From the IMG/VR virus record IMGVR_UViG_3300045010_000308, positions 1 through 64,000 of that record: a stretch of DNA of 64,000 nt. One strand, given 5' to 3'. Of the stretch, positions 1 through 8,734 are shown piece after piece; positions within the stretch are counted from its first letter, which is position 1, and each line of letters opens with the position of its first letter. This DNA is from a virus. Below the pieces are notes generated by a model, which ran no database searches, had not been told where the DNA came from, and worked only from the letters and a program-made list of their open reading frames with translations. A program made the translations under genes and the position numbers.

Positions 1-495
1 GCGGGGGGGGCCCCGCCGCCGGGCGCGCGGGGATCGGGTCGGCGACCGAAGCCTGTTGAGCAGAAGCGGCGCATCGGGAATCCGGGGGGCAGGCGGCTGC
101 CGTCTCAGGCGGAGATCATCGCCCTGCCGTCGCTCGTGAGCGAGATACCTGAGCCGCATCGCCCGCTCGGTCAGCACGGGGCGGCTCTGTGGCGGCGTGT
201 GTGGTCGTCAGGTGCGGCGTGGCTGCGCCCTGCGCTCGACGGTGATCTGGTGCTGATGGCGTGCGAGATGACCGACGAGCGAACGGTGCTCAGGCAGATC
301 GTGTTCACTCAGCAGGGTGTGTGGCGTGAGCGGCGTGCGCTGCGTGAGATAGACCGACAGATCACGAGCCTGCTCTCGCAACTAGGCTTCTCGCCTACGG
401 ACAGGGCGACGCTCGGCATAGGGGATCACAAGCAGCATGAGTTCGCCAAGATCAGACAGCGGATCGAAGCGAAGCGTGCTGCTGCCAGCGACTAG
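1..495 (+). CDS. Terminase small subunit (P27-like), 5' end probably outside the window or garbled
   Basis: Frame is open upstream of the 136 GTG and reads RPKPVEQKRRIGNPGGRRLP; C-terminal LGFSPTDR motif; overlaps TerL. Confidence 0.8.
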   Translation, partial: AGGAPPPGARGSGRRPKPVEQKRRIGNPGGRRLPSQAEIIALPSLVSEIPEPHRPLGQHGAALWRRVWSSGAAWLRPALDGDLVLMACEMTDERTVLRQIVFTQQGVWRERRALREIDRQITSLLSQLGFSPTDRATLGIGDHKQHEFAKIRQRIEAKRAAASD

Positions 496-1948
496 GTGGC
501 AGCCTGCGTTCTACACGCCACGCATCTCGAAGGTGAGCGACGGCGACGAGATCATCAGGTTCGCCGCCGACCACTTCGTCGTGCTCAAAGGCTTCCGTGC
601 TGGTCAGCCGCTCGTGTTCACTGCGTGGCAGAAGTGGCTGCTGCGTGCACTGTTCGAGCGTGACGCTGAGACGATGCGGCTGCGGTATCGGCGTGCGCTG
701 ATCGGTCTGCCACGCAAGCAGGGCAAGTCGCTGATGCTATCGGCGGTCGCAGTGTACGGACTGATCACAGGCGAGTCGGGTGCCGAGGTGTATGTCGTCG
801 CAGGCGACAGGCAGCAGGCTCGCATCATCTTCGGTGAAGCGAAGCAGCAGGTGCAGATGAGTCCGCTGCTATCGCAAGAGTGCAAGGTGTATCGGGATGC
901 GATCGAGATGCCCCGCTTCGGGTCGGTGCTGCGTGTGCTCTCATCAGAGTTCCGGGGGCAGGCTGGTCTCAACCCGTCGCTCGTGCTCTTCGACGAACTG
1001 TGGAATCAGGCAACACCCGATCTCTACGACCAGATGACGCTCGGCTCAGGTGCACGCATCGAGCCGCTGACGGTCAGCATCACGACCGCTGGCTATGACC
1101 TAGACACGGTGGCAGGTCATCTGTATCAGTACGGGAAGCGGTGTGCGGCAGGCGAGGTGGATGATCGCTTGTTCGGTTTCTGGTGGTGGGAAGCACCAGC
1201 GGAGTGCGAGCCGGGTGACCAGTCGGCGTGGATGACGGCGAACCCGAATCTGCGTGAGGGACTGCTCGACATCGACGACATGAGAACGGCGGTGCAGCAG
1301 TCCGATGAATCGGCGTTCAGGCGATGGCGGCTGAATCAGTGGGTGCGCACGCAGGAGTCGTGGCTGCCTGCTGGTGCGTGGGAACAGTGCCGCAGTGCAC
1401 GCACGCTGCGCACCGATCTTCCCGTGTGGGTCGGTATCGACATGGCTCTGAAACACGACAGCATCGCAGTGGTGCTCGCTCAGCCGCAAGACGATGTGGT
1501 GGTGACGCAGGCACGCATCTGGCAGCCGAGAGACGAAGGTGTGGATGTCGCAGGGGTCGAAGCGCATCTGCGTGCCCTGCACCACGAGTTCGATGTGCGT
1601 GAGTTCATCTATGACCCTGCCTACTTCCAGCGCAGCGCAGAGCATCTGGCTGATGACGGGCTGCCGATGGTGGAGTTCCCGCAGTCTGCGGCACGCATGA
1701 TCCCGGCGTGCGGTCACGCCTATGAACTAATCGTGAACCGTCGAGTGGCGCACGATGGTGCGCCGACCTACACCGATCAGGTGCTCTCTGCTGCGCAGCG
1801 GATGACCGACACGGGGTGGCGACTGTCGAAAGGGAAGAGCAAACGGAAGATAGATGCGGCGATCGCTCTCGTGATGGCACTCGATCGGGCGACGACACGC
1901 ACACAAACGGCGACAGTTGCGCCTAGTATCGTGCGAGTATGGGACTGA
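437..1948 (+). CDS. terL: Terminase large subunit
   Basis: Walker A GLPRKQGKS, Walker B LFDELW, TTAG coupling motif, nuclease GIDMA...KIDAAIA. Confidence 0.96.
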   Translation: MSSPRSDSGSKRSVLLPATRWQPAFYTPRISKVSDGDEIIRFAADHFVVLKGFRAGQPLVFTAWQKWLLRALFERDAETMRLRYRRALIGLPRKQGKSLMLSAVAVYGLITGESGAEVYVVAGDRQQARIIFGEAKQQVQMSPLLSQECKVYRDAIEMPRFGSVLRVLSSEFRGQAGLNPSLVLFDELWNQATPDLYDQMTLGSGARIEPLTVSITTAGYDLDTVAGHLYQYGKRCAAGEVDDRLFGFWWWEAPAECEPGDQSAWMTANPNLREGLLDIDDMRTAVQQSDESAFRRWRLNQWVRTQESWLPAGAWEQCRSARTLRTDLPVWVGIDMALKHDSIAVVLAQPQDDVVVTQARIWQPRDEGVDVAGVEAHLRALHHEFDVREFIYDPAYFQRSAEHLADDGLPMVEFPQSAARMIPACGHAYELIVNRRVAHDGAPTYTDQVLSAAQRMTDTGWRLSKGKSKRKIDAAIALVMALDRATTRTQTATVAPSIVRVWD

Positions 1949-2085
1949 ATCGCAGCACTATCGGCACCATCTCAGAGTTGGTCGGCATCACATCGGTGGT
2001 GATCGGCTGCGCCCTGCTCAGCACCGCCGCCGCATTCATCGTCGGCGGCGTGCTGCTCGTGCTGATCGGGGCGGCTGAATCGTGA
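1939..2085 (+). CDS. Small membrane protein between TerL and portal (48 aa, not in ORF track)
   Basis: MGLNRSTIGTISELVGITSVVIGCALLSTAAAFIVGGVLLVLIGAAES; two hydrophobic helices; GTGA overlap with portal; TATCGT 6 nt upstream of ATG. Confidence 0.7.
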   Translation: MGLNRSTIGTISELVGITSVVIGCALLSTAAAFIVGGVLLVLIGAAES

Positions 2086-3281
2086 GCATCCTGCGCAGAC
2101 TCGTCGAGCGTCGTGCCCTGCCGACCAACATCGACCCCTACCAGATCACCGCACGCCCCTACTTCCCCAACTATTCGGGGGAGATCATCACCGAGACCAC
2201 AGCGTTCGCATCTACCGCCGTGATGTCTGCCGTCTCGCTGCTCGCCGACTCGGTGGCTGCGATGCCGCTCGAACTGACAAGAGTGCGGGGCGGCAGGCTC
2301 GAACGGCTGCCGACACCGAGCGTGCTGATCAGACCGAATCAGACGCAGACCATGTTCGAGTTCGTTCATCAGGTGATGCTCTCGCTCACCCTGCACGGCT
2401 GCGCCTACATCTACGCACCACGCCGGGCGGGTGAACTGCCGAGCGAAATGCGCTGCCTGCACCCGAATGTGATACGCCGCTACTACATCGACGACGAAGG
2501 CGAAGCGTGGTATCAGATACACGACACGCAGCACTCTGCTCGTGACCTGAAAGCGATCCACTGGCTGCTGATGCCGGGGCAGATGCGTGCCGTCTCGCCG
2601 CTGGAAGCACTGCGCAACACGATCGGCACGAGCATCGCTATGGATCGCTTCTTAGCGCAGTTCTACGGCGAGGGTGCGACACCGAGCAGCGTGCTCGAAA
2701 CTGATGCGACGATCACCGAAGAGCAGGCGCAGATTCTCCGTGACACATGGGCTGATGCGCACACTCGCCGCAGGAAGCCAGCGGTGCTCACGGGCGGTCT
2801 GCGCTGGAAGTCAGTCACGGTGTCGGCTGCCGACTCGCAGATGATCGAGCACCGTGAGGCGATAGTGCGTGACATCGCACGGGCGTACCGCATCCCGCTG
2901 AACATGATCAACGCCAGCGGCGGCGACTCGCAGACATACCAGAATGTCGAACAGGCAGGAATCAACTTCGTGCGCTACACGCTGCTTCCGTTCATGCGCC
3001 GCATCGAGGATGCGATCAGCGAGATGCTGCCGCTCACGCAGCGAGTCCGATTCGATGCCACCATCTTTGAGCGAGCCGACCTGACGACCCGTGTGCGTGC
3101 ACAGCAGACACAGATTTCATCGGGCACGCTCACACCGAACGAAGCGAGAGAGATAGAGAATCGTGAACCTTACGAAGGCGGCGATCAGTTCATCATCGCC
3201 GCACAAGGCGCACCTGTCGCTGGCATAGCAGGCGGCGACCTGCCGACACTCGGCACCGACGCAGCACCACCAGAGAGATAG
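2082..3281 (+). CDS. HK97-family portal protein
   Basis: IARAYRIP, YQNVEQ, TLTPNEAREIEN, YEGGD motifs; follows TerL. Confidence 0.95.
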   Translation: MSILRRLVERRALPTNIDPYQITARPYFPNYSGEIITETTAFASTAVMSAVSLLADSVAAMPLELTRVRGGRLERLPTPSVLIRPNQTQTMFEFVHQVMLSLTLHGCAYIYAPRRAGELPSEMRCLHPNVIRRYYIDDEGEAWYQIHDTQHSARDLKAIHWLLMPGQMRAVSPLEALRNTIGTSIAMDRFLAQFYGEGATPSSVLETDATITEEQAQILRDTWADAHTRRRKPAVLTGGLRWKSVTVSAADSQMIEHREAIVRDIARAYRIPLNMINASGGDSQTYQNVEQAGINFVRYTLLPFMRRIEDAISEMLPLTQRVRFDATIFERADLTTRVRAQQTQISSGTLTPNEAREIENREPYEGGDQFIIAAQGAPVAGIAGGDLPTLGTDAAPPER

Positions 3282-3345
3282 CCGTGCAGTCGCAGCAGTT
3301 CACTGTCGGCACCACCGCCGTGCTCTCACCAGACGCAGACTGATC

Positions 3346-5100
3346 ATGCCGTTCGGAATCTCGCAGAGCCAACCTGACTGCGGCGGGTGGGCGACCGTGA
3401 AGCAGGAAGCAGACGGATCGTTCACCACGATCGGCTGCCACGAGACGAAGCAGGATGCGGTCGATCAGATGGTGGTCGTGTCGCTCAGCGAGGACATCGA
3501 ACCGTTGGGGCAGGTGGATGCGAGGGCACTGCCAGAGAACTATCGACCTGCGCTCGCCGACGATGTGCCAGAGGGTCGGGCGTGCGGCAACTGCCACTAT
3601 TACAACGAGGAACAGATCGAGGGTGAGGGAGATGAGCGGCAGGCATACTGCGAGAAGTGGTCGGCTTATGTCGATGGCGGTTTCTACTGCAACGCTTGGG
3701 AACCGCAGGGGTACGGGATGGAACTGCGGGCACCGTCTCTCGTCGCCCCGTCATTCATGGCTGAGTCTGCTCGGCGTGGTCTGCGGCTGCACGAGCAGGG
3801 TCTGTCGGGTGACGGGCTGATGCCTGCGACCGTCGCCGATGCACGCCGCATGGCTGACGGTGAGGCTCTGAGCGAGGCGAAGTGGCGCAAGATACCTGCG
3901 TGGATCGCCCGCCACATCGTCGATCTGGATGCGGTGCAAGGCGACGAGATCACGCCGGGGCTGGTGGCGATGCTGCTATGGGGCGGCGGCTCATCGAAGA
4001 CATCGGCTCGCAGGGCGCAGGCGTATGCCGAGCGGATCGTGGCACGCATCGAGGAAGAGCGGGCTGACGCACCCGCCCCCGTATCCGATCAGATACAGGG
4101 CAGCGACGAGAACGAGCCGGGGTCGGCGGCAGACAAGACGGGCGACATCACGCTGACCGAGGCGACAGAGAAGGCGTTGCAGACGAAGGCTGACGAGCAC
4201 AACGAGGCGATGGCTGCCGATGATCGCCCGATCTGGACTCGTGTGCGGGTCGGTGCGCTGCGTGCCGTGTATCGGCGTGGCGCAGGCGCATTCTCCACAT
4301 CGCACCGCCCCGGCATGACTCGTGCGCAGTGGGCGATGGCGAGAGTGAATGCGTTCCTGTATCTGGCTCGCACGGGGCGACCTGAGAACGAGAAGTATGT
4401 CGGCGATAACGATCTGCTGCATCCGCAGCATCCCAAGTTCTCAGACAGTAGAAGTGGCGGTGGCGCATCAGTTATGCTGACGCAGACGATGAGCACAGAG
4501 ACGATCGAGAACCGCTGGTGCGTGACGGGCGCAGATGAGCGTCGCATCGCCTACACGACGCTCGAAGTGCGGCAGGCAGACAACGGGCAGACGCTCTTCG
4601 GATACGCCGCCGTGTTCGACTCGCCGAGCGAACCGATGCCGTTCGTCGAGTATGTGAAGCGTGGTGCGTTCTCCAAGACGATCAACGATGGTGCTGATGT
4701 GCGTCTGCTCATCGACCACGAAGGTGTGCCGCTGGCTCGCACGAAGTCGGGCACGCTGCGCATCAGCGAGGATGAGCGGGGTCTGGCGGTCGAGGCTGAA
4801 CTCGACCCGATGAACCCCGATGCGGCACGGGTCATCTCGGCGATGAAGCGTGGCGACCTGTCGCAGATGTCGTTCGCCTTCCGCACCATCAAGGACTCGT
4901 GGAGTGACGACCGCAGCGTGCGGGAACTGCGTGAGGTGCAACTGTTCGATGTGAGCGTCGTGACCTTCCCCGCCTATGAGGAGACCGTCGCAGAGATCAG
5001 GGGCAGGCTATTGCAAGACGCTGAGCAAGTCGCTAACCTGACACCGACGACGAGTGTTAGCGTGCGCAAAGCACAACTAGCGATCGCCCGTCACAGATAG
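3346..5100 (+). CDS. Multidomain HK97-type prohead protease with N-terminal accessory domains
   Basis: C-terminal GYAAVF, LIDH, QMSFAF, DVSVVTFPAY (peptidase S78 type); N-terminal ~380 aa has Cys-cluster, WGG and HRPG domains. Confidence 0.92.
   Translation: MPFGISQSQPDCGGWATVKQEADGSFTTIGCHETKQDAVDQMVVVSLSEDIEPLGQVDARALPENYRPALADDVPEGRACGNCHYYNEEQIEGEGDERQAYCEKWSAYVDGGFYCNAWEPQGYGMELRAPSLVAPSFMAESARRGLRLHEQGLSGDGLMPATVADARRMADGEALSEAKWRKIPAWIARHIVDLDAVQGDEITPGLVAMLLWGGGSSKTSARRAQAYAERIVARIEEERADAPAPVSDQIQGSDENEPGSAADKTGDITLTEATEKALQTKADEHNEAMAADDRPIWTRVRVGALRAVYRRGAGAFSTSHRPGMTRAQWAMARVNAFLYLARTGRPENEKYVGDNDLLHPQHPKFSDSRSGGGASVMLTQTMSTETIENRWCVTGADERRIAYTTLEVRQADNGQTLFGYAAVFDSPSEPMPFVEYVKRGAFSKTINDGADVRLLIDHEGVPLARTKSGTLRISEDERGLAVEAELDPMNPDAARVISAMKRGDLSQMSFAFRTIKDSWSDDRSVRELREVQLFDVSVVTFPAYEETVAEIRGRLLQDAEQVANLTPTTSVSVRKAQLAIARHR
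5011..5039 (+). promoter_or_regulatory. Sigma70/SigA-like promoter for the major capsid gene
   Basis: TTGCAA-17 nt-TAACCT inside the 3' end of the protease gene. Confidence 0.55.
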
Positions 5101-5144
5101 TCAGCCGAGACACAGCCGAGCGATCACTGTCAGAGTCTCACTGA
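5101..5144 (+). promoter_or_regulatory. Structured leader hairpin upstream of the capsid gene
   Basis: TCAG/CTGA, GAGAC/GTCTC, ACAG/CTGT and GA/TC stems, two identical CC/A internal loops, GCGA tetraloop. Confidence 0.55.
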
Positions 5145-5171
5145 GCACACGACTCACGAAAGAGACCAGAC

Positions 5172-6476
5172 ATGACCTACTCGAAGCAACTGACCGAGAA
5201 GCGTGACGCAGCGTTGGCGAAGGCTGATGCGCTCGTCGCCGCAGCGCAGGAAGCGCAGCGTGAACTGACCACCGAAGAGGATGCCGACATCACGGCGACT
5301 CTCGACACCGTGCGTGATCTCGACGAGCAGATTCGTCGCCACACCGAACTCGAACAGCGTGCATCCGAAGCCGCCGAGAGCCGCAAGGCTGCCGGGGTGG
5401 AAGTCGCCGCTACGGTCGTGAAGTCCGAGCCACGCACCTACTCGTCGAAGAGCGGTCACTCGTTCATCGCCGATGCGTTCCGTGCGCAGTTCAGCAACGA
5501 CTTCGAGGCGCAGCAGCGTCTCGCCCGCCACATGAACGAAGAGCGGATCGAGCGTCGTGATGTCACCAGCACGAACTTCGCTGGCTTGGTCGTTCCGCAG
5601 TTTCTAACCGACTTGGCGGCTCCGTTCGCAAGAGCAGGTCGCCCCGTCGCAGACCGTGCCCGCAAGCACGCACTGCCCGATCAGGGTCTGACGATCTCCA
5701 TCTCGAAGGTCACGACTGGCTCAGCCGTCGCTTCGCAGACGGAAGGTGCTGCGGTGCAAGAGACGAACATGGATGACACGAAACTCGACATCACCGTGAG
5801 CACCTTCGCAGGTCAGCAGAATGTGAGCCGTCAGGCGATCGAGCGTGGCACGAACATCGACTCGCTCGTGATGGCTGATCTCGTGTCGGCGTATCACACG
5901 ACGCTCGATGCCGCAGTGGTCGCCGAACTCTTCTCGTCGGCTGGTCAGGCAGTCACCTACACGGATGGCACCCCGACCGTCGCTGAGATGTACCCAAAGT
6001 TGGCTGACGCAGTGCAGAAGGTGCAGACCACCTACTTCGCCGGACCCAACGCCATCATCATGCACCCACGCCGTCTCGCCTTCATCTTGGCAGCCGTCGA
6101 TGGTCAGAGCCGACCGCTCGCAGTGCCCGTGCCGAACTACAACGGTCAGCCTGCGTTCGCATCGGGCGACGGTGCACCGCAGTACGGAAACAGCGGCTAC
6201 ACGATTCTCGGTCTGCCCGTGATCACCGATGCGAATGTCGCCACCGACAAAGGCTCAGGCACGAATCAGGACACGATCTATGTCGGCAACCTGCAAGAAC
6301 TCCACCTGTTCGAGCAGGGCAACGGCGACCCGATGATGCTGCGCTTCGAGCAGCCGAAGGCTGCCGAACTCGATGTGACCATGATCGTTTACGGATACGC
6401 CGCAGTGACGGCGAACCGCTACCCGAACGCATGGGCACAGATCAACGGAACCGGGCTGGTGACACCGACCTTCTAG
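5172..6476 (+). CDS. HK97-fold major capsid protein (phage A)
   Basis: N-terminal coiled-coil delta domain, GLVVPQF, IIMHPR, TILGLPVITD; follows the protease. Confidence 0.94.
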   Translation: MTYSKQLTEKRDAALAKADALVAAAQEAQRELTTEEDADITATLDTVRDLDEQIRRHTELEQRASEAAESRKAAGVEVAATVVKSEPRTYSSKSGHSFIADAFRAQFSNDFEAQQRLARHMNEERIERRDVTSTNFAGLVVPQFLTDLAAPFARAGRPVADRARKHALPDQGLTISISKVTTGSAVASQTEGAAVQETNMDDTKLDITVSTFAGQQNVSRQAIERGTNIDSLVMADLVSAYHTTLDAAVVAELFSSAGQAVTYTDGTPTVAEMYPKLADAVQKVQTTYFAGPNAIIMHPRRLAFILAAVDGQSRPLAVPVPNYNGQPAFASGDGAPQYGNSGYTILGLPVITDANVATDKGSGTNQDTIYVGNLQELHLFEQGNGDPMMLRFEQPKAAELDVTMIVYGYAAVTANRYPNAWAQINGTGLVTPTF

Positions 6477-6518
6477 TGAGTGTCGCCCGCACGGGCGGCT
6501 CGCTGATACGGTGACGGC

Positions 6519-6713
6519 ATGAGCAGCGGCATCATTCACGCTCTGCTCATCGAGCGCATCGGCTACCTGCGGCGTGGTCGGCATGATCGTGTCGCTCTCG
6601 TCGATGACCAGTTGCGTGCGCTCGGCGTGACCCTGCCGATCGAGTCGGCTGCGGTCGATCATCACGCTGAGACGGCGACGAGAGAGAAGCCGACACGACG
6701 CAGGAAGCGGTGA
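6519..6713 (+). CDS. Small head-associated hypothetical protein
   Basis: ORF after MCP; extended -10 TGATACGGT 6 nt upstream of ATG. Confidence 0.65.
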   Translation: MSSGIIHALLIERIGYLRRGRHDRVALVDDQLRALGVTLPIESAAVDHHAETATREKPTRRRKR

Positions 6714-6716
6714 GCG

Positions 6717-7316
6717 ATGCCGACGAACCCCTACTGCACGCTTGCCGAGGTGAAGGCTGCGCTGCGCATCTCCGATGCGGTCGATGACACGCTGATCGAG
6801 AACAGCATCGAAGGTGCGTCTCGGCGCATCGACGGCTACTGCGGCAGGTTCTTCTACAAGACTTCTGCCACCGCCGTCAAACAGTTCGCCCGTGACCCGT
6901 ACACGCTGCCTGTCTCGGACATCTCATCGACGACGAGTCTGGTGGTGAAGATAGACACGAACGGTGACGGGGTGTATGAGACGACTCTCACGCTCGGCAC
7001 CGATTACATGGTCGAGCCGACGAACTTCGTGCTGATGCAGCGACCGATCAGGCGGCTGACGATGATCGGCGGTCGCACCTTCCCCATCTTCACGCTGCCC
7101 GCCGAGCCGGGGGTCGAGGTGACTGCCCTGTGGGGCTTCGATGCCGTGCCAGATGATGTGCGTGAGGCGTGCGTGCTGCTCAGCATGAGACAGTTCGCCC
7201 GCTACAACGCTGCGCTCGGCGTGATGGCGTTCGCAGACATGGCGATCACGGTGCGTGCCGTCGATCCCGATGTGCGTGACCTGCTGCTGCCGTACCGTCT
7301 GCTCGGTGTCGCCTGA
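6717..7316 (+). CDS. Head-tail connector (gp6-like)
   Basis: YCTLAEVKAALRI...DDTLI...ASRRIDGYCGR; WGFDAVPDDVREA. Confidence 0.85.
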   Translation: MPTNPYCTLAEVKAALRISDAVDDTLIENSIEGASRRIDGYCGRFFYKTSATAVKQFARDPYTLPVSDISSTTSLVVKIDTNGDGVYETTLTLGTDYMVEPTNFVLMQRPIRRLTMIGGRTFPIFTLPAEPGVEVTALWGFDAVPDDVREACVLLSMRQFARYNAALGVMAFADMAITVRAVDPDVRDLLLPYRLLGVA

Positions 7317-7723
7317 TGCCTGCGACCGTCTCGCAGGCTGCGTCGGGGCTGGCTACCCGTCTGGCGACGATCAGCGGGCTGCGCACCTTCTCCTACCAGC
7401 CTGAGCAGGTGAATCCGCCTATGGGCTTCCCGATTCTGGAAGAGATCGAGTTCCACCGGGCGTTCGGCGGCGGCGATGTCCGTATGCGGTTCACCGTGAT
7501 GGTCATCGTCGGCAGGTATCTCGACCGTCTGGCGCACTCCACTCTCGACGGCTTCCTGTCTTACAGCGGGGCGACATCGCTGCGTGCCGCCATCGAAGGC
7601 GACACGACTCTCGGCGGTGTGGCGCAGACGCTGGTGCTCGACAGCGGTATGAGCATCGGCTCTCTCACTATTGCAGAGGCGGAGTTCCTGTCTGTATCAT
7701 GCTCGGTGACGGTACACGCATGA
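7316..7723 (+). CDS. Tail terminator/completion protein
   Basis: Position, size and the AAIEGDTTLGG motif. Confidence 0.65.
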   Translation: MPATVSQAASGLATRLATISGLRTFSYQPEQVNPPMGFPILEEIEFHRAFGGGDVRMRFTVMVIVGRYLDRLAHSTLDGFLSYSGATSLRAAIEGDTTLGGVAQTLVLDSGMSIGSLTIAEAEFLSVSCSVTVHA

Positions 7724-7881
7724 GCACCTACAAGATCAGCAGCGACAACACGACACTCGGCAAGCCGGGTGAGACGGTGACAGATGCCGATCTCGTCGGT
7801 CTCGATGTCGCTGCGCTCATCGCAGGCGGTCACATCGAGGCGCAGACTGCGAGACGGTCTGACAAGAAAGAGCAGGAATAA
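7720..7881 (+). CDS. Small hypothetical virion protein
   Basis: ATGA overlap; MSTYKISSDN...ALIAGGHIE. Confidence 0.6.
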   Translation: MSTYKISSDNTTLGKPGETVTDADLVGLDVAALIAGGHIEAQTARRSDKKEQE

Positions 7882-7884
7882 GAC

Positions 7885-8292
7885 ATGGCACAGATCGTTC
7901 TGACCGATGCGACCATCACCATCAACAGCGTTGCGTTGAGCAACCGTGCGAACACGGTGACGCTCACCTATGAGAAAGAGGCGGTGGAGATCACGGCGTT
8001 CGGCGACAGCGGGCGTGCGTTCACCAGCGGCTTGCAGAACAACACCTGCGAGATCGAGTTCATGCAGGACTTCGCCGCATCGAATGTCGAGGCGACCGTG
8101 TTCCCGCTGGTCGGCAGCACCACCACCATCGTCATCAAACCGACGAGCAGCGCAGTCTCTTCCACGAATCCGTCATACACGCTGACGGGCACCTACCTGT
8201 CGAATCACACCCCGGTCGCTGGCACGGTCGGTGAACTCGCCACCACTTCGCTGTCGTTTCAGGGCGGCACTCTGACGAAGGCGACTACCTGA
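7885..8292 (+). CDS. Major tail (tube) protein, phage A
   Basis: EITAFGD, QDFAA, TNPSY, GTVGELAT; Thr-rich beta protein before the chaperone and TMP. Confidence 0.85.
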   Translation: MAQIVLTDATITINSVALSNRANTVTLTYEKEAVEITAFGDSGRAFTSGLQNNTCEIEFMQDFAASNVEATVFPLVGSTTTIVIKPTSSAVSSTNPSYTLTGTYLSNHTPVAGTVGELATTSLSFQGGTLTKATT

Positions 8293-8321
8293 CCCGTGCT
8301 CTACCGATCGAGGGGGCGTAG

Positions 8322-8609
8322 ATGAAACTGCCGCTGACGATCCACTATGCGAGCGGCGAGCAGCGTGATGTCGTCGCAGGCTTCGCCGACTTCGTGCAGT
8401 TCGAGCGCACATGGCAGCGCAGCGTCTCACGGTTCGAGCACGACTTCCGACTCACCGATCTGGCGTGGCTGGCGTGGTCTGCTGAGACTCGTGCGAAGCG
8501 AACCGACAAGAAGTTCGACCCCGACTGGCTCGAACTGGTGGAGTCCGTCGAACTCGGTGCGGCTGAGGGTGATACCCCAAACTCGGAGACGACTCAGCCA
8601 CTTGGCTGA
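8322..8609 (+). CDS. Tail assembly chaperone (G-like)
   Basis: Follows the tail tube; slippery C CCA AAC at 8576-8582. Confidence 0.8.
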   Translation: MKLPLTIHYASGEQRDVVAGFADFVQFERTWQRSVSRFEHDFRLTDLAWLAWSAETRAKRTDKKFDPDWLELVESVELGAAEGDTPNSETTQPLG

Positions 8610-8731
8610 TCGCTGCCCTGTCTGTGGAGACGGGCATAGCACCGTCGCTGCTGACGGCGGAGAGCGACGAGATGCTGCGCACGATGCTCGCCTACATGAA
8701 GAAACGCAACGAGCGCAGGCGCAGGCGGTGA
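8576..8731 (+). CDS. Tail assembly chaperone -1 frameshift extension (T-like)
   Basis: -1 frame reads LGDDSATWLIAALSVETGIAPSLLTAESDEMLRTMLAYMKKRNERRRRR*. Confidence 0.75.
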   Translation, partial: PKLGDDSATWLIAALSVETGIAPSLLTAESDEMLRTMLAYMKKRNERRRRR

Positions 8732-8734
8732 CTC

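Noticed and set aside
1-40. G/C-run start as a cos site or regulatory element
   Set aside because: Low complexity, contains palindromes otherwise avoided in this part, and sits where the TerS start should be; more likely contig-end noise
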